A DNA stretch of 62,934 bases, counting the filler, from Phoronis australis (Eukaryota > Animalia > Phoronida), in assembly GCA_002633005.1 (NCBI GenBank). It is 7 parts of 7 records of this genome, joined end to end, with 100 filler letters (N's around TTAATTAATTAA, not from the genome) between each part and the next. Parts side by side here need not be neighbours in the genome. Positions count along the whole stretch, not along the records: positions 35,049 to 47,072 come from NMRA01000059.1; positions 47,173 to 51,055 come from NMRA01002793.1; 5 more parts are not named here. One strand, 5' to 3'. Below are positions 35,967-49,166 of this stretch, piece after piece (the first letter of the stretch is position 1; each line of letters opens with the position of its first letter). The notes under the pieces were generated by a model that worked only from the letters and a program-made list of their open reading frames with translations, was not told the DNA's origin and ran no database searches. The position numbers were made by a program, and so were the translations under genes.

Positions 35967-38900
35967 CATTCCAGGATTCAAAACAATGGCATTATAATAA
36001 ATCTTCTGTGTGCACCATATTGAGTGCACTAGGTGTGCTGGAGGTGATGTGCTAATCTGGAGCTGTGCTGTCAGTGCCAACACTCTACCTTTACTTGTGA
36101 ATGGTTGTTGGCACTACTATAATCAGCTGCTATTGGTAGGAATGTCTTCTGGATCTTAAGCACATACAGTAAATGACATATAACAGCAGATGACACATTC
36201 TCCAAATGTAATGATTCACACTGAAGTGGGCAACAACTATATCTAACAAGCTAAAGCATTCAGGTGAAAGTAGTCAGATTCAAAGTTTAAACATTTAAAT
36301 GACCTTATAATGTTAGCTAGAAATCAACAAGCCTACCAAGACGCTCTTCTTAATTTAGAAGTTTATACTCAAGTTAAAGAATTTTTAACAACTTCATTAA
36401 AAATGTGTTGGCAGTAAATTTTACAAAACTACATTCAAGAGCTGCAAAACGGACTGTCTTGCATTTCATATCTACTGTAGTTTCTACAAGCTCCGGCATT
36501 AAAGCCTTCTCCCGTTGAAAAGAACTCGTTCAATTGGATGGCAAATGAAGCAGTTGGCTGGTTGACCCACATAGCCAATATATTACACAGCTCATTAACT
36601 CCATTCTGGTACCATACTTATGGTTGGAGGGCCAGCTCTCTTTTGTTCAATAATTGCTCTAATCTCCAATAAGATCTTATCTAGCCTGACTGGGCTGTGC
36701 TGTTAAAATTAAATATAAAAAACTGGTTGAACATAAACCAATAACAATACTGAATTTCTCCTCAAATGTTGATCGCGTTTACTTTTTGAATCAACTAAAT
36801 TCACCCAACTACAACCGAAGTTAAGTTGATCTATTCTGTCCGAACGCATTACCAATGCACTGGGTTTGACTGTGTTTATATGCAGTTGGTAATAGGCTGC
36901 AACTACTATATACTTTTCATAACGTTTTCATCCAGGATACAGATACAATCTTATCGTTTGATCCAATACATTGTTTCCATCAGCTACATATGACTTTAAT
37001 AAATACATTATGCCTCATGTGTAGATTTGATTTACCCGTAGTTACACTCATTACTATCATGGTCAAATTGACTACAAAGCTAAAGTCATGTGGTTCCTAT
37101 ATGATACAATTTTCGAGTGAGTGCAGTTAGCATGATTGCTCCAAAACTGGAAGATGAGTTCGGTTGTGAATACCCAGATATTCACGCTCTTTGGGTCAGC
37201 TACGACCGAGCGCGAGCCTCTTGATGAAACGGCCCGCTGGAATCCGTTCCTCAGTAATGCGTACGTTTTTGAGTAAATCCATAACCAGTGATCCCCTAAA
37301 ATCACACGGCGAAACTTCTTTCAAACCAAGCGGATGGAGCAACTTTTCTTTACAGAATAAACCAACTTAAGAGCATCTTGGCTTCACGGTGATAATAATG
37401 TTTGTTGTGATCCACTCCCAACTGAACTTAAATCTTTCACGGAACAAGTCCAAATGCTGATAAAATGCTTGTTGACAAACCAAGAAAACATGACCTCATC
37501 TACTATTCATTGCTGTTGTTGAAAACCTCTGTTACCCGATGTCAAAAGTAGTTCTGCTTGAATTCAGTACCCCCTTGAAGCCTTATGGACAGCACACCAT
37601 AGGGGGCTGGGAGGGTTATAGATCCCCACTTTTTTCTGTGCTGTGCTGTCCAAGAGGCTGGCAGGTAACTGGCCTATAAGTTGACAAACCAAACAAGACA
37701 GTGCTTAGCAATCAACAAAGGAGCCAAATGTTATCACACATTCGTAACCAGCTTAAGTCTGGTAAAGTCCTTGAACAGGAAAACGCCTTAATGGACAAAC
37801 ACGGATGCATCAGTAGACATTTGATGAGTTTTCCGGTTCTTCAATTTAGGTAATATGTAATTTATTTAATCTACGGCTGTTGACAACCATGGTATGCGTC
37901 ATCCAAACCAAAGGCTGGTTATAAGTAGGGAGGACAATCAAAAAGTAGGTCACGGTGCTCCATAACTGTAAAACCCACGTTGGTAAATTACCCGATTTCA
38001 GACTTCAAAGTTAACTACAAGACAATTTTGTGTTATAAATCGTTACCTTGGTCTTTATTTGTATGTTTGTAATCTTTTTGTCATGAATTATCGCTGATGA
38101 ATCATTTTTTGTAAGCTTTTGTTAGGGCACAACTTTCCGCCATGCGATCAACTTTCGAAAAAGAGTCTCTTGTTCCTCCAATCCAAAAGAGCACTATACT
38201 CTCGATTACAAACATGAAATTTGGACAGGATGTAGTTTAGGTGCGTGTGCACCTCCTCAAGTTCTTTTCTCAAAGTCAGGGCCAAGTTTTCATGGCGAGT
38301 TTTCGATCGTACAGAAGGCCCAATTTTGATCGGTTGGGAGATCAATGTTTTTGCAGTTGCGCAACATGCCCCCCTCCCCGATTTTTAGATGAAGAATTTA
38401 TCACTCTTTTAATTGATTATCATTTCATTTACAGCGCCACGAGCGGCTATGTTGAAGTTCAATGGCATCGCAACTTCGCCGTTCAAAATAAAGTTGTTGC
38501 AAAGAGTTTTTGTTGTGTAAATGATGAAATCCTTCGTGTTAAGAGTGACTTACTTTCTCAAATGGTCTTTTGCCAACTTCCAGCCCCCAATCAGGCTATG
38601 ATGTGCTTCCCATGTAGTAGCACTCAGGGGCTGATCCAGGATTTTTAGTCAGGAGGGGGGGGGCAGGGCAGAGTATTAGGCAAGATTTTACCAGTAAGAT
38701 ATTTACACCCTGGAACTACCAAATGAAATCTCGGAGTTTTAGGGGGCCATGGGCTGGCCCCATTGCCCCCCTTCCCAAATCCACCAATGTTATCTTGTGG
38801 TATGATGTGAAATTTCCTCCTAGCTCAAGTGTATTTATTTCTAAGCTGATGTGCAGTCTTTGCTCTATTCCTTTTAAGCTGTGTAATCCATTGTTTTCAT

Positions 38901-39480
38901 GAAACATGCCATGGGGTTGATGCTCATGTTCCGTTTGCTAACAACACACTTAAACAGCAATATCTCTGTAGAAATCAATCCAAACTGTACATAATACACG
39001 TCACCATGTCCGTCTCAATGAGAATCTTTTGATATGTAGCACATGCATATTCTTTTACTTTTTACAAAATTATGTAAAAATGCAGGTATTTCACAAATAA
39101 TTGTCACGTTTCAACAGCCATTTTCTCAGTAATCACTCACCCAATTTCTATGATTTTTGCACCCTTTCATTTCTCACACCAGGGGCTTTTCAAAAATGTA
39201 TGACACATGGACATTGTAAAAACATAAAAAACGTCCTCCCTATTATAAGTAATGAAAGGTGGATTTTGGCTGCTTTAAATTCAAACTAAACCAATGTGTC
39301 ATATGGCATATGAAAGCCACTTTTGCGATGAGCAGAGTAAATACTGGCAATTAAGGCTTAGGGTGAGGTCACTACCTGCAATATGAGGCCCCATTGCATG
39401 AGCTGGTATTTGCCAAACACATCTGTTCTCAAGCTACATTGTTTTTTTAAAGATCCATACCAACTTCCACTCACTTCACC

Positions 39481-40176
39481 CACAGGCGTCCTCAGCTTCT
39501 GGTCGTCCCAAAAGTCAATACACTATATATACTACAAGGTATCACACTCCGGACTAGAAATCCCACGGGTGCTTCACTTCAGCTGTCCATAACAAACATA
39601 AAACTCAATAAATTTACACAAACAGAGGTTCAACAAATCATGAGGAATTGTTCTTTCTCTCAATGCCATTTAGGGTGTCCTGCTCCACCGAGTTCGCAAG
39701 AAATTCGCGGTCAAAGCACAAAAATCTTCCCAAATAGCTTATTCGGAGCAATTCCTTGGTCCCACGTGCAGCGTACAGAATTATCTGATGAGTTACGGAT
39801 GAACGGCAATTGCTGAGTTATCGATGCTTTGACTTTCCAAGAAGAATCGGCAATTGCCATACATCCGTAACTCATCGGATAATTACGTACCCTGTGCGTG
39901 GGACCAAGGAGTTGCTCCGGACGGGCTTTTTAGGGAGATTTTTTGCTTCGACCGTGAATTTCTTGCAAACTTGGTGGATCAGGACATCGTACATGGTATT
40001 GCCATTGGGTGAAAGAACAATTCTTCATGGTTTGTTGAACCTGTTTTTTCGTAAATTTATTGAGTTTATGTTTGGTATGGACAGCTGAAGTGAAGCACCA
40101 GAGGAATTTCTAGTCCGGAGTGTCATACCTTGTAGTATAGTGTATTGGGGACGATCAGAAGCTGAGGACGCCCATG
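39481..40176. mobile_element. Palindromic MITE (hAT-like) with exact 8-bp TSD ACTTCACC
   Basis: About 330-bp inverted arms, CACAGGCGTCCTCAGCTTCTG...CAGAAGCTGAGGACGCCCATG; TSD at 39473-39480 and 40177-40184. Confidence 0.92.
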
Positions 40177-41273
40177 ACTTCACCCAGGCTAGGGCTGAAA
40201 GGGTAGGTTATTTTTTAAAACAAAAACACAAATATGGCTTTGTATCTGTTTTTCTACAAAACACAGTTCATTGGACACTGTTAGAGTTAGGCTAAGCACA
40301 TAAAACAAATTCTTAAGCAGCTAAAACCAGTAAAAGATAATGGAAGATAGTGAATAACAGGAAGTAATAGTGGGTTGGGCACTAGCCGACGGCGTCTGAA
40401 CTCATCCTGTAATGGTTGATGCGGAAGTAATAGTGATTAACTTTACCTTTTTAATGTTGTATATGCGAGTAAGCATGCCATTACCGCGGTCGCACAGAAT
40501 CGTAAGCTTTTCAGCGAGCTTCTGGTGGCTCGGTATCTGCATAGACCGCGACATTATCAACCAAAACAATCAGTTACTTCACTAAACTATGATGAAGTGA
40601 ACATCCTCTTCTCCATTTTTCAAATCTCGATGAAATCTCGAGCACTGACGAGAATGAGCTACGAAATAATGTTTTCAAAAAGAAAGTGATAACACAACTT
40701 CAAANNNNNNNNNNNNNNNNNNNNNNNNNNNNNNNNNNNNNNNNNNNNNNNNNNNNNNNNNNNNNNNNNNNNNNNNNNNNNNNNNNNNNNNNNNNNNNNN
40801 NNNNNNNNNNNNNNNNNNNNNNNNNNNNNNNNNNNNNNNNNNNNNNNNNNNNNNNNNNNNNNNNNNNNNNNNNNNNNNNNNNNNNNNNNNNNNNNNNNNC
40901 GTTTCAACAGCCATTTTCTCAGTAATCACTCACCCAATTTCTATGATTTTTGCACCCTTTCATTTCTCACACCAGGGGCTTTTCAAAAATGTATGACACA
41001 TGGACATTGTAAAAAAATAAAAAACGTCCTCCCTATTATAAGTAATGAAAGGTGGATTTTGGCTGTTTTAAATTCAAACTAAACCAATATGTCATATGGC
41101 ATATGAAAGCCACTTTTGCGATCAGCAGAGTAAATACTGGCAATTAAGGCTTAGGGTGAGGTCACTACCTGCAATATGAGGTCCCATTGCATGAGCTGGT
41201 ATTTGCTTAACACATCTGTTCTCAAGCTACATTGTTTTTTTAAAGATCCATACCAACTTCCACTCACTTCACC

Positions 41274-41964
41274 CACAGGCATCCTCAGCTTCTGGTCATC
41301 CCAAAAGTCAATACACTATATATACCACAAGGTATCACACTCCGGACTAGAAATCCCACGGGTGCTTCACTTCAGCTGTCCATAACAAACATAAAACTCA
41401 ATAAATTTACACAAACAGAGGTTCAACAAATCATGAGGAATTGTTCTTTTTCTCAATGCCATTTAGGGTGTCCTGCTCCACCGAGTTCGCAAGAAATTCG
41501 CGGTCAAAGCACAAAAATCTTCCCAAATAGCTCATTCGGAGCAAATCCTTGGTCCCACGTGCAGCGTACAGAATTATCTGATGAGTTACGGATGAACGGC
41601 AATTGCTGAGTTATCGATGCTTTGACTTTCCAAGAAGAATCGGCAATTGCCATACATCCGTAACTCATTGGATAATTTCGTACCCAGTGCGTGGGACCAA
41701 GGAGTTGCTCCAGACGGGCTTTTTAGGGAGATTTTTTGCTTCGACCGTGAATTTCTTGCAAACTTGGTGGATCAGGACATCGTACGTGGTATTGGGAGAA
41801 AGAACAATTCTTCATGGTTTGTTGAACCTGTTTTTTTTGAAAATTTATTGAGTTTATGTTTGGTATGGACAGCTGAAGTGAATCATCAGAGGAATTTCTA
41901 GTCCGGAGTGTCATACCTTGTAGTATAGTGTATTGGGGACGATCAGAAGCTGAGGACGCCCGTG
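41274..41964. mobile_element. Second copy of the same palindromic MITE within the duplicated block
   Basis: Same arms and same TSD (41266-41273, 41965-41972). Confidence 0.92.
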
Positions 41965-43315
41965 ACTTCACCCAGGCTAGGGCTGAAAGGGTAGGTTAAT
42001 TTTTAAAACAAAAACACAAATATGGCTTTGTATCTGTTTTCCTACAAAACACAGTTCATTAGACACTGTTAGAGTTAGGCTAAGCACATAAAACAAACTC
42101 TTAAACAGCTAAAACCAGTAAAAGATAATGGAAGATAGTGAATAACAGGAAGTAATAGTGGGTTGGGCACTAGCCGACGGCGTCTGAACTCATCCTGTAA
42201 GGGTTGATGCGGAAGTAATAGTGATTAACTTTACCTTTTTAATGTTGTATATGCGAGTAAGCATGCCATTACCGCGGTCGCACAGAATCGTAAGCTTTTC
42301 AGCGAGCTTCTGGTGGCTCGGTATCTGCATAGACCGCGACATTATCAACCAAAACAATCAGTTACTTCACTAAACTATGATGAAGTGAACATCCTCTTCT
42401 CCATTTTTCAAATCTCGATGAAATCTCGAGCACTGACGAGAATGAGCTACGAAATAATGTTTTCAAAAAGAAAGTGATAACACAACTTCAAACATTTGAA
42501 ATTTATGGAAAGTTTGAAGAAATTACAGAACATTAAAATGTTTTTTCCTGATTTTACGTCCTGTTTGTTAGAAACATAGTTGATTTCCGGATGAAACTTT
42601 GGTCCCTCAGATTATTTCCACATATGGGTCACAGTGGGTGACATAAAAACCGAAGCAACATGTAGAGAGAGTAAGTTTGCAGTGTTTTACAAGTTCTTGG
42701 AGTTCTCGTGCTGTGTTTTACAATGTTTATGAACTGCTATTTTACTTTAAAACTACCACAAATGCTTTGAGAACCATTCAAGCACACGGTTTCGTTGGTA
42801 AGTACTACAGATTGCAACAGGATTCGATGGAGTGTAGGCGGTTAATTTTATTTGAGTATATTTGCGTTTAATGACGACGGCAGTGATTCATAAAACTGCG
42901 ATAACCTGTGACCCTATCGTACAATTACCTGGCTTTGAATGACCTGGGGTTTTGAGATACTCGACACTCGTGTGACTCAAGAAGTAAGTTGTCTACTGGG
43001 CCTGCTAATGTATTTTGTGTTAAACTGTGTTTATCTCACTCTTGGGAAACTTCTGAACTCTTTCAGCCACAAACAGGACTCGGGTATGACGTAGGTTGTA
43101 CTTGTTTGGAACAGGTGTGTTCATGTTTATGTAACACCAGATAGCCAGGTAATAGTGGTATTTTGAAGATGAGTATTCAGTCAGTTTTAAACTTAAGCTG
43201 CATTTTTAAAATAAAAATATTTTTTCAAAAATTTACAATGTTTTTTAATTTTCTTGAAAAGCTTTATTTGTGCTGTTTGATTTAATTTTTGTTATTTCTT
43301 TTCAGAAAATCGAAC

Positions 43316-46200
43316 ATGGATAAAGTCAGGATTACCGTATATAATATATTTTTAATAATCTTCTTTTGCGAGATTGGATCAACAGTGTTACTGGATGATC
43401 TGTTTACATGGTCATCGACACCATTTTCCAAGTGTCGGAAACTCAACAAAAGTTGTTGTCCAAACTATGGTCAAGTGAGGAGAGTGACCTGTGTGTTGAA
43501 AAAGAATAATATCCCTGTACCTTCATCATTTTGTAGACAGTTATTGACCAGTAGGCCAGAGACCACTGTCCAGTGTCTGTCACTGTATCAAGACTGTGTA
43601 ATGACTCTCTGGTCATCGTGGTCAACTTGCAGTTCAACGTGTTCACAGGGAACCAGATATCGGTCACGTCAGATTTTGTTGAAAAACTCGCCTTTGGGCA
43701 CTCCATGTGGAAAGTTATCAGAAATTCAGGAGTGCCATAATAAAACTGCCAAGCTATGCAAAAGTGACACAGTGCCATTTTATAACTGGAATTCTGAGTC
43801 ATGGACGAGCTGTTTACCTACGGTGAGCTATGGTGTTTGTTAGCTATGTAGACCTCTGAGGATTTGAGGAATGTCCTGGTTGATAATATTGTAAACATAA
43901 ACATGTTTGGACATATGAAATGACCGGACATGGTTTGGACATGGTCATTAAGTACAGAATATGTTGTGGTCAGAAAGTTTTATGTTCCAGTTTCTATCCT
44001 TAGTTTTTAGTTCTTACAGTTTGAGTTACAAGAAGGGCACATACATAGTTTGGGTAACAAGTAGTGCACATACAACAAGTAGTGCACATACAACAGATAG
44101 TGCACATACTACTAGTAGTGCACATACAACAAGAAATGTTTTCTAACCAATGTGAAAATGTTTGAGAAGTTGATCTTGAAAATTTTATAAAAAGTCTTGG
44201 CATGCACTTTTGTTTTTGAAAATGAAGATGCAATTCTTATATAATGCAAACTACTGTGTGTTATTCAGTGACATTCACTCAAGGAAAATAATACCAATAA
44301 CAAAAAACAAAAGATTATCTCGAAATCTTCTACATTTAGTTGTACTGTCTAAAACTCAAAACGTAATCAATCAAAATTAATCATCGACCTGGAACTATCA
44401 GTTGTACAGCTGAAGCAGGGTTCTAGGTAATTTTGGGTTTCTATTGGAGTCCTGGTGACAGTGGATGGACAGTCATGTTGCTTCCGGGCTCTGTACTAAA
44501 TTACATAATTATCTGAACTATGGCCAGAATAGAAGACCACGTCGTGGTTTCTCCAGAAAAGCATGGTTTCAAAAATATTGTGTTCCTGTTTACACATTAA
44601 TTCATCGACTAATTAGGTCAAAATAATTGGGTCAAATTTAGAACAAATCTTACTATGAAGTGAATGTTGTTTTAATAATTTTCTTTCGTACATAAATGTG
44701 ACTATCTTGCTTTATCATGCGATCATGGAGATAACATGATAAACATGCAAGTATTAGTTGTAAGGTATTAACGTGTAGTTCTCAAAAATTTTATTTTTAT
44801 ATTCAACTTAGTTTATGTTCTTAGTCTAATTTCAATGGTAAGACTCTCAAACTGAGATTTGAATTGTGGCACCTTTTTGCATACAATTTATCATAAAGAT
44901 AATATATAAATATGTGTGGTCAGACTGGAAATAATCCTTGCTTTCTCCATGTTGTCCAATCACCATTGCCATACAGTGAGATGTTTAAATGATTTGTGTA
45001 AAACATCCCAACATTGTTAAATGTCTAACTAAAAGAAATTACGTGTTGTCTTCAATAAGCTATGTCTATGTACTAAGGGGAAGTGCTATGGGAATTTCTG
45101 GGAAACACAAAATTGTGGAAAATTGTGTAAAATCTATGAGTCATTAGTAATAAGATTTTACTTACAAACATTTTCTTTTTATTCCTTCTGATGTTTTGTT
45201 AGTTTTTTAATATTCAATGATTTGGAATAATCACAAACAACTAATTTGACAAAAAAGACATGATAGGTAGTCTCCAAAGGCTTTACTACATTGCTGCTAA
45301 AGGTTAATATTTTAGCTTTGTGCTTTTTGATTATATCACAAATCAAGTCGTATGAAGTATCGGCACATTTATTTGTCAAAGGAAATTGGCACTTTTCTGC
45401 CATAGTCTAGTGAATCAAGAAAGTAACTACAGTAGTCGGTTTATTTTGTGTGGCCTCAGGCCAAGTACTTCACCCACCTGTTGATGACAGCCAAGGTCAA
45501 CTGGAGGTTTTAGCTTTTGTCAATAGATCACCTGATAAATTTGGCCAGTGAAAAGATGGCAAATTGCCAAAAAAATATCTATTGATAATAATGAAGATAC
45601 ACTCCTACTACGTTGCACTACTCTCTGTTCATTCATGTTGACTTATTTTATATTCATAATGATAAACTCATGTGGTCTGTTTTGAGTGTGTGCTCTATCA
45701 AGAGATGGATGGTGACAAGAGAGTACATGTGACTGTTATGTTGCAGACATCTGGTAATGTCCTTTGGAAAATGATATATCAACATGGCTTATACTTTAAG
45801 TTTGACCTGCCAGTATTTCTCAGGTTGAAATTCTATTTCTTAATTCAATAAATTAGAATGTCATGATCAATTTTCACATTTTATGCTAAAATTGAAGGGA
45901 ACCACATGAAGGTATACTGGCGTTTAGGGAATTCTGCTCAAGTGGTAAAATCTAATTTAGGTCTGCTCTTTGGTGTCCATCATTCCTAAACAAGGGAAAT
46001 CTATGTAAATCTGAAAGTAGTTTGCACTGGTTTTAAACTGAATTGAATTCTTGTTTCATTATCACTTTTGTCTCTCACTTAGGGTCAAGATCAACAGTCT
46101 AACAGTGGAGCGTGTCCCCGTGGTCAGCGAACCCGAAAAGTCACATGTTTTAGTAACCATGGTTATAATGTATCCGATGAGTTCTGTGAACAAGAAACAG
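43316..46200 (+). CDS. THSD7A/B-like thrombospondin type-1 repeat protein, coding exons 43316-43822 and 46083-46200 (partial gene)
   Basis: Signal peptide; TSP1 motifs QVRRVTC, DCVMTLWSSWSTCSSTC..G.RYRSR, YNWNSESWTSC, GQRTRKVTC; acceptor ttcag|, donors |gtgagc and |gtaagt; phase-0 join. Confidence 0.88.
44058..44133. repeat. 18-bp intronic minisatellite (CAAGTAGTGCACATACAA), 4 copies
   Basis: Direct tandem repeats. Confidence 0.9.
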
Positions 46201-46781
46201 GTAAGTCCTCTTTCTACTGCAGTTTGTTATTGAATACTGGTCTGTGATTGGTTGCATGAGGTCCTTGTGCCTGGTGTGCGTCCAGTAATGCTAGGACCTA
46301 GCTAAAATCTACCCAAAGTCACGTGTTCCCTTTTAATATATACGGTAATATTTCGCATAATCTTGCAAAGTCTTAGCGTTACCTAATGAGAGCCTGATCA
46401 CCATTGATTGGATTTGTAAAGGTGTAATACTTGGTCACCAGTTGTACCTCCCATTAGTAATGAGGGCTACTCCAGTATTGTGATAGTATGGTGTATCAGA
46501 GATTTCTGAAAGATACCTACAAGGAAAAACCCAAGGAGGTTCTATTTGAAACATTTGGTTTGAAAAGACTCCAATGGTGATACGGAATAGTGCTGCATAT
46601 CAGATCTACAAGTGTAATATGTGTTCAAAACTAGTCAACATAATCATCATCAAACTTCTCTTACCCCGGTATAAAGTAATGCTGGTGATAACATAAAACA
46701 ATATTCTCCCTCGTCCATGGTGAAATGAGGCTGCTGAAAGAACTCACCACTTTTTTCAAGAAGACCTGCGTTATTATATAG

Positions 46782-47072
46782 CTCCATAGGGTCTCTTCAG
46801 ACATCCCTGTATGACTCCATAGTGTCTCTTCAGACATCCCTGTATGACTCCACAGTGTCTCTTCAGACATCCCTATATGACTCCATAGTGTCCCTTCAGA
46901 CGTCCCTGTATGACTCCATAGTGTCCCTTCAGACATCCCTGTATAACTCCACAGTGTCCCTTCAGACATCCCTGTATGACTCCATAGTGTCCCTTCAGAC
47001 ATCCCTGTATGACTCCATAGTGTCCCTTCAGACATCCCTATATGACTCCATAGTGTCCCTTCAGACATCCCT
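46782..47072. repeat. 33-bp minisatellite (CTCCATAGTGTCCCTTCAGACATCCCTGTATGA), about 9 copies, runs into the contig end
   Basis: Head-to-tail repeats without spacers. Confidence 0.95.
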
Positions 47073-47172
47073 NNNNNNNNNNNNNNNNNNNNNNNNNNNN
47101 NNNNNNNNNNNNNNNNTTAATTAATTAANNNNNNNNNNNNNNNNNNNNNNNNNNNNNNNNNNNNNNNNNNNN
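47073..47172. other. Artificial contig linker
   Basis: 44N-TTAATTAATTAA-44N. Confidence 0.97.
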
Positions 47173-48132
47173 AAAAAAAAACAAAAGCGTCTCAAGCAAA
47201 ACAAAAACGGTACCGCCAGCGTGTGTAAACCCCAACTTGGAAAAAATGAGGGGGGTTCACTCTGAAAATATAGTTTTTTGCATTGCGAATTGCTGAGTCT
47301 TTGTGGCTCATCGGCAAAACGCGCGGGGATTTATTGTGCGCGCGCTTCCGTCGACACTTCTGAAGTAGCCAAGAATTTTAGATGGATTCACCGCTGAAAG
47401 AGCAGTTCTATAGCTGATTTCTTTAGGTAACTAGCTTCTTTACTCTAAGATATGTTTTGATTTGATTAGGGGAAATACTACAGTGCCGCAACCCTGATAT
47501 TCAGGCGAATTGACGTGCAACGTTTTTACCTCATCTGTCATGCCGTGTCCTATTACACTCCACACGTTTGTAACTGATGTATAGTAAAGTTGTCTTGCGC
47601 AATACCATACAGTGTACATGTACATGTAATAATGTGTACACGTACATGTAATATTTTTGAAAAAAATTCTTTTTCCGAAGAATTGCTATAGTGGCAGGCG
47701 CCGTGGTCTGGTCGCGAGTCCGTTTGAAGACACTCTCTATAACAAGTTATGTCTATACAAGGAATGACCAAGGGGGCACTCACATTGAGAAAGTGACCGC
47801 ATTCGCGAAAAGTGTACAGTACTAGAAATTGCGGGGAGGCTGTTCTTTCACAACAAAGTCTTGCGGGACTCGTGCGATGTTCAATAGGCCTCCTAAAAAG
47901 CCCTAGTGCCGACCTCAACACCTACCGTCTGTCTACCTGCAATAAGCACACTGCCGTCTTCTATACTGGGAATTTCCGCAGAAAGGCTCACCCGATGAAA
48001 CGCTCATGCCCATGGGCATTTATTTGATATTAGTACTTCGGGTTTCAAGCGTTCAGACATTGGGACGTTTATTTCGAAAATTGCAAGAGATGCAAATAGG
48101 TCCTGGGATGCTTCGTCAAGGTTTGAAGTAGT

Positions 48133-49121
48133 NNNNNNNNNNNNNNNNNNNNNNNNNNNNNNNNNNNNNNNNNNNNNNNNNNNNNNNNNNNNNNNNNNNN
48201 NNNNNNNNNNNNNNNNNNNNNNNNNNNNNNNNNNNNNNNNNNNNNNNNNNNNNNNNNNNNNNNNNNNNNNNNNNNNNNNNNNNNNNNNNNNNNNNNNNNN
48301 NNNNNNNNNNNNNNNNNNNNNNNNNNNNNNNNNNNNNNNNNNNNNNNNNNNNNNNNNNNNNNNNNNNNNNNNNNNNNNNNNNNNNNNNNNNNNNNNNNNN
48401 NNNNNNNNNNNNNNNNNNNNNNNNNNNNNNNNNNNNNNNNNNNNNNNNNNNNNNNNNNNNNNNNNNNNNNNNNNNNNNNNNNNNNNNNNNNNNNNNNNNN
48501 NNNNNNNNNNNNNNNNNNNNNNNNNNNNNNNNNNNNNNNNNNNNNNNNNNNNNNNNNNNNNNNNNNNNNNNNNNNNNNNNNNNNNNNNNNNNNNNNNNNN
48601 NNNNNNNNNNNNNNNNNNNNNNNNNNNNNNNNNNNNNNNNNNNNNNNNNNNNNNNNNNNNNNNNNNNNNNNNNNNNNNNNNNNNNNNNNNNNNNNNNNNN
48701 NNNNNNNNNNNNNNNNNNNNNNNNNNNNNNNNNNNNNNNNNNNNNNNNNNNNNNNNNNNNNNNNNNNNNNNNNNNNNNNNNNNNNNNNNNNNNNNNNNNN
48801 NNNNNNNNNNNNNNNNNNNNNNNNNNNNNNNNNNNNNNNNNNNNNNNNNNNNNNNNNNNNNNNNNNNNNNNNNNNNNNNNNNNNNNNNNNNNNNNNNNNN
48901 NNNNNNNNNNNNNNNNNNNNNNNNNNNNNNNNNNNNNNNNNNNNNNNNNNNNNNNNNNNNNNNNNNNNNNNNNNNNNNNNNNNNNNNNNNNNNNNNNNNN
49001 NNNNNNNNNNNNNNNNNNNNNNNNNNNNNNNNNNNNNNNNNNNNNNNNNNNNNNNNNNNNNNNNNNNNNNNNNNNNNNNNNNNNNNNNNNNNNNNNNNNN
49101 NNNNNNNNNNNNNNNNNNNNN
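48133..49121. other. Scaffold gap (N run)
   Basis: Uninterrupted Ns adjoining a CA microsatellite. Confidence 0.99.
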
Positions 49122-49166
49122 ACACACACACACACACACACACACGCATGCACGCACACACACACA
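49122..49166. repeat. (CA)n microsatellite
   Basis: Dinucleotide run. Confidence 0.95.

Larger units (their letters stand above)
39107..42492. repeat. Near-identical 1.6-kb duplication (39107-40704 and 40900-42492) flanking a 195-N gap
   Basis: Copies differ only by scattered SNPs and indels, and both abut the gap. Confidence 0.95.

Noticed and set aside
46782-47072. 33-bp repeats as a CRISPR array
   Set aside because: Head-to-tail with no unique spacers, intronic in a eukaryotic gene, and no cas genes
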